This document shows, piece by piece, positions 1 to 9,030 of a stretch of 64,000 nt of DNA. The DNA is from a bacterium (GTDB taxonomy: Bacteria > Patescibacteriota > Saccharimonadia > Saccharimonadales > SZUA-47): positions 31,963 to 95,962 of the forward strand of contig JAUHWW010000001.1 in the NCBI GenBank assembly GCA_030427365.1, read 5' to 3'. Numbering within the stretch: the first letter of the stretch is position 1; each line of letters opens with the position of its first letter. Below the pieces are notes generated by a model that ran no database searches, had not been told where the DNA came from, and saw only the letters and a program-made list of their open reading frames with translations. A program made the translations under genes and the position numbers.

Positions 1-863
1 GAAAAACTCAAAACAAGTATCGCCAGAATTGCGCATAGCCCGGGAATAAGTCCGTCAGCTCTTGTGAGGAATATTGAGCCAAAGGAAACTCCAGCTGCAG
101 CTGCGAGCAAATTAGCTTTTTGAGATTTTTCTCTAATTGCTAATACAAGTAGGCTCAAAGAAGTTAGAAGTAATGTCGCGGACAGCGGTTCAGTAAATGT
201 ATCCCTGGAAAAGTAAACGAGAGGAAAAGATAGCGAGAATGAAACCGCACCAAAGACCGCCCATCGAGGCTTCATATAGAGTGTCATCAGTAAATACAGA
301 GAAAGAATGGCAGTTGCTCCGAATAATGGAGCAACGTCCAGCATTCTTTTTTCCCCTATAAACTTGCCGGCTCCGCCTAGCAGTGCAGGTAGCATGTGTA
401 GACCCTGTGGATCGATCTCGTCCTTATTTGTAACACTTCTCCCAAATCCTGCAGCAGTAAACTCTAAATCGTATTCTGATGAATTTGGATGCTCATTGAC
501 TATTGTTATTGTTTCATTATCGATGAGGTGTCTCCCGCTCACGGTATAGATTGCTGGATCTCTATTAACAAATATGTCTTCAGCGCTGAGAGGGACGTTA
601 TAAAGAAACCATCCAAAAGAAAAAATGAGCATCAAGATACTCGCAATTAGCCACTCCTTAGAAATCTGAGCTTTTAAACCGCTATAGGATGCTTTTGCTA
701 CGAATACGCCAATACTTATTGACACTAGCAAAGCGAGAGCTACTGCAAATGTCAAAAATAGCTTCAGTAAAAGTAATACTATCAACAGACTGCCAAAAAC
801 TGGAAGTGCTATTAGTGGTGTTAGAACAGCCAGAAAAACATAAAAGGATACATTCTTCATCAT
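1..863 (-). CDS. Polytopic membrane protein, putative GT-C-like glycosyltransferase; truncated at window start and absent from the ORF track
   Basis: ATG at 863-861 overlaps the TGA of 860..2005 (ATGA). Hand translation of the first ~100 codons gives MMKNVSFYVFLAVLTPLIALPVFGSLL..., hydrophobic helices and an 'NRDPAIY' loop motif; the rest of the frame was not fully translated. Confidence 0.7.
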   Translation of the reverse strand, partial: MMKNVSFYVFLAVLTPLIALPVFGSLLIVLLLLKLFLTFAVALALLVSISIGVFVAKASYSGLKAQISKEWLIASILMLIFSFGWFLYNVPLSAEDIFVNRDPAIYTVSGRHLIDNETITIVNEHPNSSEYDLEFTAAGFGRSVTNKDEIDPQGLHMLPALLGGAGKFIGEKRMLDVAPLFGATAILSLYLLMTLYMKPRWAVFGAVSFSLSFPLVYFSRDTFTEPLSATLLLTSLSLLVLAIREKSQKANLLAAAAGVSFGSIFLTRADGLIPGLCAILAILVLSF

Positions 864-2005
864 TTATTTTTAGCCTTTTTCATTTTACTAGTTATCCAAG
901 TTTGAGATTCTTTTAAGAAAACGACCGTAGCAAAATTAAATAGAATTAACACCGGTGAAAAATATCTAATACAGTGAAAGGCCAGTTTCTGAGCAGACAC
1001 GTTAGAACCTGCAAGATAGAATCCTAAAAGACCTATAGAAACAAGGGAGTAGAACTTGATTGAAAAAGGATATCTGCGTCCAAACAGGATTAGCAGAATT
1101 CCTGGCAACGCAAGCCAGAGCCACGGTGAGGCCTGAAAAAGCGCTTTCCGGCGAACCTCTGGTCGCTCATCCTCATTACTATCTATGAGCACTTCATTAG
1201 TGTTGCGGACGAGGTTATCTGGCTGAAAATACTTCTCACCGACAGTAACTGAGTAGCTATCATCGTGACCTGATGTTGTGAGACTGCCGAAGGCATTTAA
1301 CTTCGAAATAAGTTGCGGCATTAAAGCGAAGAAAAAAACTGCTCCTGCAACCAAAAACTTCTTCAGGCTGGCTTTTGTAATCAGAAGATAGCCAAGCAAC
1401 AATATAGGCGTAAAAAGTATATACTCTTCTCTTGTTGTAACTCCAAATCCTGCAATAAAACTACTCAAAATTACCATAGTCAAGGACGAACTGTGGTTCT
1501 TTCGTGAAAAAAGCCAGAAAAAGTATGCAAATATGAATATCCCAACTTGATTATTCCAAGGAACAAGAAATACTTCTGTAAGTGTATGGAGTGTTCTTGC
1601 TACACCGTCCCATACAAGCAAAAAACCCAAGAACATTACTGCCCAGCCTCGTCCGAGCAAATTAGATGCAGCTTTAAAAGCAAAAACTACCGTAGCACTA
1701 AGTAGTAGATAGGAAACCAATAAAAATGGGTGCGTAGGCAGAAGGAGCCCCCCAAGCAACCCGAGCAATGAAAAACCAACAGGAAAGTGCAGTTGTGCTC
1801 TACTCGGCAACATCCCCTCTCTCAGAGATGTCACGGTGTTTGTGTATAGCTCTTGATCAGCCCAACCCGCGCCGTTCGTAACGACAGAGTCATCAAAAAA
1901 AACACCTACCCAGAAGGACATGCTACTGACTGCCAAGACTAGCAGAAGTACCCAGTTGCGTTTTGCAAAACTATACACACTCTCGTAGTAGTCACTTATT
2001 TTCAT
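860..2005 (-). CDS. Polytopic membrane protein, possible GT-C/PMT-like glycosyltransferase
   Basis: 381 aa, many TM helices, 'WADQELY' acidic motif after the first helix, located in a glycan locus. Confidence 0.55.
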   Translation of the reverse strand: MKISDYYESVYSFAKRNWVLLLVLAVSSMSFWVGVFFDDSVVTNGAGWADQELYTNTVTSLREGMLPSRAQLHFPVGFSLLGLLGGLLLPTHPFLLVSYLLLSATVVFAFKAASNLLGRGWAVMFLGFLLVWDGVARTLHTLTEVFLVPWNNQVGIFIFAYFFWLFSRKNHSSSLTMVILSSFIAGFGVTTREEYILFTPILLLGYLLITKASLKKFLVAGAVFFFALMPQLISKLNAFGSLTTSGHDDSYSVTVGEKYFQPDNLVRNTNEVLIDSNEDERPEVRRKALFQASPWLWLALPGILLILFGRRYPFSIKFYSLVSIGLLGFYLAGSNVSAQKLAFHCIRYFSPVLILFNFATVVFLKESQTWITSKMKKAKNK

Positions 2006-2103
2006 AGGTTCCCTCTAGTATACAGTCGATTGTATACCGGACCGCTAGTTATCATAAGTAAGCACTAGCGTTTTTTGTAAAATTATGTTATCATCATGAA
2101 GTA

Positions 2104-2658
2104 ATGCGTAATAAAAATCCCCAAAAACAAAAATTACTAATAGGCCTGATTGTACTCCTTATTTTAGGAGCTCTAGCTGCTTTGGTCTACATATCAAATC
2201 GAGATAACAATTCTGCAAATGAGCAAAGCGACGGCAACGTCCAGTCACCGCAGGATATGATCAACTTAGAGCCCCCGACTTCACAAGAACAAGAAGCTGG
2301 GGACGCAATAAAACCTCAGCTTCCCGATGCAGATAGTGAGCCTCAAAACGGAAATTCTGGCGACAGAACAGTCGATCTCGTCATAACCGACGCAAGCCAG
2401 TATGACGATACAATTGAGGTGCGCTCGTTTGTTGCAAACTATATTGAGGATGGAACGTGTACTATGACTTTCAGTCTTGGAAACGAAACTATTACTAGAG
2501 AAACCGTCGCAAAAGCAGATGCATCAACAACTCTTTGTTTAACACTAAACGTGCCTAGAGCTGATTTCCCAAAGAGCGGTAATTGGAAATTAAAAGTCTC
2601 GTACGACGATGGCAAGAGTGCATCAGGTAGCGCAGAGACAACAGTGGTAATAGAATAA
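2104..2658 (+). CDS. Membrane-anchored hypothetical protein with a C-terminal beta-rich domain
   Basis: N-terminal TM helix, low-complexity linker, Cys pair; its stop overlaps the next start (TAATG). Confidence 0.75.
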   Translation: MRNKNPQKQKLLIGLIVLLILGALAALVYISNRDNNSANEQSDGNVQSPQDMINLEPPTSQEQEAGDAIKPQLPDADSEPQNGNSGDRTVDLVITDASQYDDTIEVRSFVANYIEDGTCTMTFSLGNETITRETVAKADASTTLCLTLNVPRADFPKSGNWKLKVSYDDGKSASGSAETTVVIE

Positions 2659-4664
2659 TGAACGTAAAAGTTTTTAGAGCAAAATCTGTAAAAATAACGT
2701 TAGCTCTATTACTTTCTGTATTGCTATGCAGTACGTTTCTATTTCAAATGATAGGTGGTCGTTCCGTTAGTGGACTTTCGGGATCAGACTTCGATGCCGG
2801 CAATATAATAAGTGATTCTATATTCTACAATTCTTCGTCTATGTCTACTTCACAGATACAGAGTTTTTTGGACTCTAAAGTACCTGTATGCGACACCAAT
2901 GGTACACAACCCTACGGAGGCACAACCCGTGCAGCATATGGCGCATCAAGGGGCTACCCTGCTCCATATACGTGCCTAAAAGACTACTCACAAAGCGTAC
3001 CCTCTATTACCAATAGTGGAAGTGACCTGTGCGGCGGGAGCATAAGCGGGGGCACAAAATCTGCAGCTCAAATTATCTATGACGTTTCGAAAGCGTGTGG
3101 CATAAATCCTCAGACACTAATTGTTCTATTGCAGAAAGAGCAGTCACTTGTAACGGATGACTGGCCGTGGTCAATACAGTACCGCTCAGCAACAGGATAC
3201 GGCTGTCCCGACACTGCTCCATGTGACAGTGAATACTATGGGTTCTTTAATCAAGTCTACCAAGCAGCCAAGGCTTTCCGTCGCTACGAAGCTAATCCTG
3301 ATAGCTATAACTACAAAGCAGACCGCAATAATTATATCTACTATCATCCTAGTTTGGCTGCTTGCGGAGGTACAAATGTTTTCATTGATAACCAAGCGAC
3401 TGCAAATCTTTATATATATACCCCGTACCAACCAAACACAGCTGCATTAAATAACCTCTATGGAACTGGTGATGGGTGTAGCGCGTATGGCAATCGTAAT
3501 TTTTGGCGTATGTTTAATGATTGGTTTGGATCAACACAATTAAATTACGCAGCTGAAATGATTGAAAGTAAACTCTATACCGATCCAGCTAGAACAAACG
3601 AAACCTCAGGCCTTACGGGATATCCTGCAGGGACGAAACTATATGCCAGAATTACTGCAAAAAATGTTGGCAGTAGAACATGGCTAAAAAGCACAACGAG
3701 GGTTGGTACAAGAAGTCCATTTAATCATGCGAGTAGGTTTTACGATCCCTCGACATGGTTGAGTGCAGCTAGGCCAGCAACCATGAGCGAAAATTCTGTC
3801 CAGCCAGGGGAAGAAGCGACTTTTGATTTTACTTTGCTACTCGACGAAGACAATGGTCAGTATACTGACCAGTTCCAGCTTATCGTAGAGGGTCAGGCGT
3901 GGATGGAATATCGTTCAAGGTTCGATATCACAGCTACATTAGATACTCCTTATCGAGCAAAGCTTGTTTCTAGACGTGTTTATTTAGACCAAGCTCAAAC
4001 AGCAAAAGTTGGAAATACCATTCGACCAGGTGAAAAGCTTTACTGGGAAGTGAAGTATAAAAATACAGGATCAGTTACTTGGACAAACGTTAGCACAAAA
4101 ATAGGTACCGTTGATCCATTGAATCGATCTAGTAGTTTCTTCGACCCAGCGACTTGGGAGTCTGCAAGCCGTCCAACACTCATGGAAGAGTCATCTGTCG
4201 CCACGGGTCAAATTGGTACATTTTTGTATACCTCTGTCTCACCCGGATCTGATGGCTTCTTTACCGAGTCTTTAGGTCTGGTGGTTGAGTCGATGGCTTG
4301 GATAAGCAACTCTCATTTCTCTGATGTCATAAGATCCTCAAGTACTATTGACAGGCTATTTGGCGGAGAGAGACTGCTGCCGGGTACTGAGCTCCGTTCT
4401 AGTGGTCACCGACTTATAATGCAAGGTGATGGAAACCTGGTTGTCTACAATCCAGAAGGGCAAGCAACTTGGAACTCTGGAACGTCTGGTGGTAATCGAT
4501 TCATTATGCAAGGTGATGGAAACCTAGTTATGTACAATTCGAGTAATAAGGCGATTTGGTCAAGTGGGACCAAAGGTGGTAATCGATTCATTATGCAAGG
4601 TGATGGAAACCTGGTTATGTACAATTCGAGTAATAAGGCGATTTGGAGTTCAGGAGCTAATTGA
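2658..4664 (+). CDS. Secreted multidomain surface protein: conserved N-terminal domain, two NBR1/Ig-like domains and C-terminal bulb-type (B) lectin repeats
   Basis: Signal peptide; INPQTLIVLLQKEQ...GYGCPD motif; two KN(V/T)GSxTW...PGE modules; three QGDGNLVxY mannose-binding lectin motifs. Confidence 0.75.
   Translation: MNVKVFRAKSVKITLALLLSVLLCSTFLFQMIGGRSVSGLSGSDFDAGNIISDSIFYNSSSMSTSQIQSFLDSKVPVCDTNGTQPYGGTTRAAYGASRGYPAPYTCLKDYSQSVPSITNSGSDLCGGSISGGTKSAAQIIYDVSKACGINPQTLIVLLQKEQSLVTDDWPWSIQYRSATGYGCPDTAPCDSEYYGFFNQVYQAAKAFRRYEANPDSYNYKADRNNYIYYHPSLAACGGTNVFIDNQATANLYIYTPYQPNTAALNNLYGTGDGCSAYGNRNFWRMFNDWFGSTQLNYAAEMIESKLYTDPARTNETSGLTGYPAGTKLYARITAKNVGSRTWLKSTTRVGTRSPFNHASRFYDPSTWLSAARPATMSENSVQPGEEATFDFTLLLDEDNGQYTDQFQLIVEGQAWMEYRSRFDITATLDTPYRAKLVSRRVYLDQAQTAKVGNTIRPGEKLYWEVKYKNTGSVTWTNVSTKIGTVDPLNRSSSFFDPATWESASRPTLMEESSVATGQIGTFLYTSVSPGSDGFFTESLGLVVESMAWISNSHFSDVIRSSSTIDRLFGGERLLPGTELRSSGHRLIMQGDGNLVVYNPEGQATWNSGTSGGNRFIMQGDGNLVMYNSSNKAIWSSGTKGGNRFIMQGDGNLVMYNSSNKAIWSSGAN
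4488..4646 (+). repeat. 72-bp direct repeat, two copies with 87-bp period, encoding lectin subdomains
   Basis: 4488-4559 and 4575-4646 are identical except for one synonymous base (cta/ctg). Confidence 0.9.
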
Positions 4665-4714
4665 AGCGTGGAAAGTGACTACCCTAGTCTTCGTGACTGA
4701 TATAATTATTCGAC

Positions 4715-5884
4715 ATGGCTGTTAATAATATTTTCTTTGAAGGTCTTGGCTTGGTAGAGGGGCACTTTAGCGGAATTGGTCAATATATCCTAGGAATCCT
4801 AAAAGGTGTAGATGAAGAGATTGATAAGAGAATGCTCATGGGTGAACAAACCCCAAAGGTGTTCGTTATCATTCCATATGACACGTACCCCCGCTTTCAG
4901 GAGTACAATTTTAAACACATACGAGCAAAAAAGCTCCCTTTGAAGTTTAAGTACGTGGCGGCTTTGTGGCACAGAGGAATGATGCCTCCGCTGGATTTAT
5001 TTTTTGGAAAAGGTCATTATATCTTTACTCGTTTTGTAACTATGCCCGTCTTGTTTAGTAAGTCTTCAGTTGTTATATACGATCTCTCTTTTGAACTATA
5101 CGCAGACTTTGCTGATGCTAAAAATGCTAAGTTCTTATCCAAAGGTACTCGAAAATCAATTAAGTCAGTCGATAATGTATTCACAATTTCACAAAACTCC
5201 AAACGCGAAATTGCAGATTTCTACGGTTTTCCAAAATCAAAAATCTATGTCGCGACACCTGCTGCCGATCAGGCCTACTTTTACCGACGTAGTGATAAAG
5301 AAATAGAAAATATAAAGAGAAAGTACGGCATAGGGAAAAACTATATCCTTGCTCTTTCAAATCTAGAGCCCAGAAAAAACCTTGAGACACTTGTTGACGC
5401 ATACTGTCAGCTCCCCGCAAATATAAGAAATACGTACAGCCTTCTTTTGGTGGGAGTAAGTGGATGGAGAACTGATGCCCTTTTTTCAAAAATCAAAGAT
5501 CTTGTTGCAGAAGGCTACGATATTATCCGGCCGAATGAATACGTCTCTGACATTGATAAGCCAGCAATTATTTCTGGCACTTCAGTCCTTGTATATCCTA
5601 GCCATTATGAGGGGTTTGGCATGCCGCCCCTTGAAGCACTTGCATGTGGAGTACCTGTAATTACGGCTGATAATTCTTCCTTGCCAGAAGTAGTGGGAGA
5701 CGCAGGCACCATGCTGGACTGTAATGATGTTGATGGCTTCACAAGACAGATTGCAAAACACCTGGAAAATTCCGAGAAGACAAAAAAGGAATTCATGAAA
5801 ACCGGACCAATACAAGCAGAGAAATTTGATTGGCAAAAAAGTGCAAACGTCTACTTATCGGCTGTGCTCGGAGATAGAGAATGA
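4715..5884 (+). CDS. Glycosyltransferase family 4 (GT-B)
   Basis: EPRKNL and YPSHYEGFGMPPLEALACGVPVI motifs. Confidence 0.92.
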   Translation: MAVNNIFFEGLGLVEGHFSGIGQYILGILKGVDEEIDKRMLMGEQTPKVFVIIPYDTYPRFQEYNFKHIRAKKLPLKFKYVAALWHRGMMPPLDLFFGKGHYIFTRFVTMPVLFSKSSVVIYDLSFELYADFADAKNAKFLSKGTRKSIKSVDNVFTISQNSKREIADFYGFPKSKIYVATPAADQAYFYRRSDKEIENIKRKYGIGKNYILALSNLEPRKNLETLVDAYCQLPANIRNTYSLLLVGVSGWRTDALFSKIKDLVAEGYDIIRPNEYVSDIDKPAIISGTSVLVYPSHYEGFGMPPLEALACGVPVITADNSSLPEVVGDAGTMLDCNDVDGFTRQIAKHLENSEKTKKEFMKTGPIQAEKFDWQKSANVYLSAVLGDRE

Positions 5885-7170
5885 GAATCGGGATAGACCT
5901 TACAGTGTTACAAACCGCTCATCGTATGAGAGGCATAGGCTATACTCTCATAAACTTTCTTAACTACATGCCCGAAGCACAAAAAAAAGACCACACCTTT
6001 ATCTTCTACATAGACAGCGCTTCAGACGACCCACTTCAGTTAGTGAATCTAGATGGTTATAAGTATGAAAAACGATTAGTTTCGGGTACCTCAGTAAAAG
6101 TTGAAAATTCAAGAGATAAGGGTAAGGTACATTTTATAAAAACAGGCGTCCGTAATCAGTTTGTCGTACTTCGAGATTCAGTATTCGGTGATTCAAGAAT
6201 TACTAATCTTGAAGACGTTGACTACTTCATACAGTTTGATCAGAACCAACCAGTTCCAAATAAACGAAAGGTGCGCTCTACCCTTATACTGTATGACCTA
6301 ATACCTTTTGTTATGGAGTCTGACTATTTATGGGGCTACAAAACTGCTCGTGCACATGGTAGGAGCAGGAAGAACGCAGCTAGACTAGCTGCAAAAAGAC
6401 TTACGTATTATTGGACAACCAAACTTAACTGCAAGAATGCCGATTCTCTTATTGCGATATCGGAGCATACTAAAAAAGACTTTATAAAATTCTTATCAGT
6501 TCCTAAAGAGAAAATTAGTGTTGTTCTGTTGGGGGTGGAAAATGATAAGGCTAAAAGCAGTAAGAAACCTTCATTTAGTCGATTTATTGAAACGAGTTGG
6601 GGCCCAATGCCTCGCAAAACTAAATTACCTGAAAAATTCATTCTGTATTTGGGGGGTGGTGATCAGCGCAGGAAACTTGTCGACCTATTAGCTGCATTTA
6701 ACAGCCTTCGTGCGCAAGAAAAAGAAATTTCACTAGTAATGGCGGGTGATATCATGAGAGGTCCAGGCACAACACCTATCAAGGAGCATAGGGACTACTA
6801 CAAATCAGTATCCTATATTGATGATATCTATTTTCTTGGCTTTGTATCTGATGATGAGAGACAGTATCTCTATGAAAATGCTCTAGCCTGTGTATACCCA
6901 AGTGTCTATGAGGGGTTTGGGCTGCCCGTACTAGAGGCTATGAAACACAGTTGTCCTGTTATCACCTATAATAATTCTTCGATTCCTGAAGTTGGGGGTG
7001 ATGCAGCTCTCTATGCATCAGACCAAAAAACGATTAGAAAGCAGCTCGTGAAACTAATTGATGACAATAGCTTCAGAAAAGAAATGGTTGAGAAAAGCGA
7101 AAAACAAGCTCAAAAGTTTGGCTGGGAGCAAACGGCCACATCTATTTTAGAAGAAATTCTTAAGTCTTAG
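5881..7170 (+). CDS. Glycosyltransferase family 4 (GT-B)
   Basis: MRIGID start, RGIG motif, YPSVYEGFGLPVLEAM. Confidence 0.92.
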   Translation: MRIGIDLTVLQTAHRMRGIGYTLINFLNYMPEAQKKDHTFIFYIDSASDDPLQLVNLDGYKYEKRLVSGTSVKVENSRDKGKVHFIKTGVRNQFVVLRDSVFGDSRITNLEDVDYFIQFDQNQPVPNKRKVRSTLILYDLIPFVMESDYLWGYKTARAHGRSRKNAARLAAKRLTYYWTTKLNCKNADSLIAISEHTKKDFIKFLSVPKEKISVVLLGVENDKAKSSKKPSFSRFIETSWGPMPRKTKLPEKFILYLGGGDQRRKLVDLLAAFNSLRAQEKEISLVMAGDIMRGPGTTPIKEHRDYYKSVSYIDDIYFLGFVSDDERQYLYENALACVYPSVYEGFGLPVLEAMKHSCPVITYNNSSIPEVGGDAALYASDQKTIRKQLVKLIDDNSFRKEMVEKSEKQAQKFGWEQTATSILEEILKS

Positions 7171-8031
7171 ATAAAGCTCTGCAAAAAATCTTCTACTTAG
7201 ATATTTGATACTATGCTGTTTGCTGGAAAGATCTGCGTAGTTGTTTGAGATCGCAACAAGCTCTGAGTGCTGCTTTTCAGTAATATGCACATACTCTTCA
7301 AGCTTGACTAATATTGATTTCTTTTCTTGTTTAAATGCTTTTGCGTGATGCTCTCGGATCGAGCGGTGGGCTATCTTTGCTGCCTCTTCAGCAAAACCAC
7401 TCAACATGGCCTGTTTTTCAGAATTAAGCAAGTAATACTCATTGAGTCCGTCAAAAATTGCCATACTGTAGCCAGACTTTTCAAGAAACTTATTCCACCC
7501 ATCCTTGCTGTTTCGATGATTCGCTTCTATGCAAATTACTCTTGGATGAAATAGCTTCCAATCATTACTTCTTACTACAGCACCTTCGGCGCCTTCTACA
7601 TCTATCTTTATAAAGTCTACCCTAGTATTTTTTGCATATTTAGCAAAAATCTCTTTTAAGGTAATCGATTTTACCCTATAGTCTAGGAAATCAATTTTTG
7701 TACCTGTTTCTTTTATTGACTCTGTGTCTGTGGTTGATAACCCATCATGATTAGGGTACTCTCTGAATTCTACTGTCCCCGGAGTGTCAGAGACAACTGC
7801 CTGTATATTTATATCTCTAGTTCGTTTTTTGTCGAATTTCTTTATTAGCCTTTCAATAGGTTCTACATTGACTCCTGACCATCCTTTCTTATAAAAATAC
7901 TTTGTTACTGAATGATACTCTTCGTGATTTGCTCCTACATCAATATAGAAGCCTTTTTTCACATTTCTAAGTAAAGCAGCTAAAACAATGTCTTCATGAT
8001 ACTGAGCGTAAACTACGTCTAAGTTGTCCAT
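7147..8031 (-). CDS. FkbM-family methyltransferase with C-terminal coiled coil
   Basis: YIDVGAN and FIKIDVEGAE motifs. Confidence 0.88.
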   Translation of the reverse strand: MDNLDVVYAQYHEDIVLAALLRNVKKGFYIDVGANHEEYHSVTKYFYKKGWSGVNVEPIERLIKKFDKKRTRDINIQAVVSDTPGTVEFREYPNHDGLSTTDTESIKETGTKIDFLDYRVKSITLKEIFAKYAKNTRVDFIKIDVEGAEGAVVRSNDWKLFHPRVICIEANHRNSKDGWNKFLEKSGYSMAIFDGLNEYYLLNSEKQAMLSGFAEEAAKIAHRSIREHHAKAFKQEKKSILVKLEEYVHITEKQHSELVAISNNYADLSSKQHSIKYLSRRFFAELYLRLKNFF

Positions 8032-8043
8032 GCGGCGTAAAAT

Positions 8044-9030
8044 CTAGCCTTCCTTTTTGTGTTTATTTACTAGTGAAGCTAATAGTGCAACATCTTCTTC
8101 AGGAGACCTAAATAGCGAATCGTCACTGTGACATAAAGACGTCTCTATGCGCAAATCTTTATCTTCATTTGAGAATGATGCAACTATTAACCCATCGCCA
8201 CTGAACGATTCGGCAATGGTATGAGAGGATACTATGTGTGCGCCGTTTTCCCTTAAGAATGTCAAACATTCGCTATGTGTGTTCGGATTCCTCGAGAAAT
8301 AATAATGATGCGTAGAAACAAATACAAACCTAATTTTTTGTTGTTTGATAGATTTTATTGACCCTTTTAGTGCATCGAGTTCAACACCCTGAACATCCAT
8401 GTGTAAAATACCTACTTTTTTGATCGAATTCTCTGAAACAATGGAATCAACGCTTCTTACTTCAACTGTAACTTCCTCGGCTGGATTCGAGTCGAGGGGT
8501 AAACTAATCTTGACACCATTTTGACTCCCGGCAGCTGCGCTTAAGAAAGTGGCATCCATGCCGTTCAATTCCGCATTTAACTCTCCGACGGCTCTATTTT
8601 TTGGGTCTGGTTCCGAGCAAAATGCTTTAGATCCTTTTATAGCTGAGAGAAACCACAGTGAATAATAGGACCAAAAGCTACCGAGCTCAATTATTGCTGA
8701 GCCTGCCTCTACCCTTTTCAGCACTTCATAAAAAAGTTTCTCTTCTTGGGGTTCATGATGACCTTTTAAGTCTTTGATTATTTCCGACATCCACTCACCA
8801 TGATATCCCCCCAAAGAAACCCTGAGCCCATTGTGCATTATTTGTACTTTTCCTTTGGTTGTATCCTCAATTAATCCTGCATGTTCAACTTTTGGAATAT
8901 AATCAGTGTCTCTGCATGAAACAGTCATCTGCTTGCGCTGATGCTCGTCTTTAGACCAAAGTCCCGGGGCATCAATTAGATATTGAACGGGGTCGGGCAT
9001 TTGATTATGTTTGGTCTTTTTTCTTAACAT
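8044..9030 (-). CDS. FkbM-family methyltransferase
   Basis: IELGSFWSYYS and LHMDVQGVE motifs. Confidence 0.82.
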   Translation of the reverse strand: MLRKKTKHNQMPDPVQYLIDAPGLWSKDEHQRKQMTVSCRDTDYIPKVEHAGLIEDTTKGKVQIMHNGLRVSLGGYHGEWMSEIIKDLKGHHEPQEEKLFYEVLKRVEAGSAIIELGSFWSYYSLWFLSAIKGSKAFCSEPDPKNRAVGELNAELNGMDATFLSAAAGSQNGVKISLPLDSNPAEEVTVEVRSVDSIVSENSIKKVGILHMDVQGVELDALKGSIKSIKQQKIRFVFVSTHHYYFSRNPNTHSECLTFLRENGAHIVSSHTIAESFSGDGLIVASFSNEDKDLRIETSLCHSDDSLFRSPEEDVALLASLVNKHKKEG

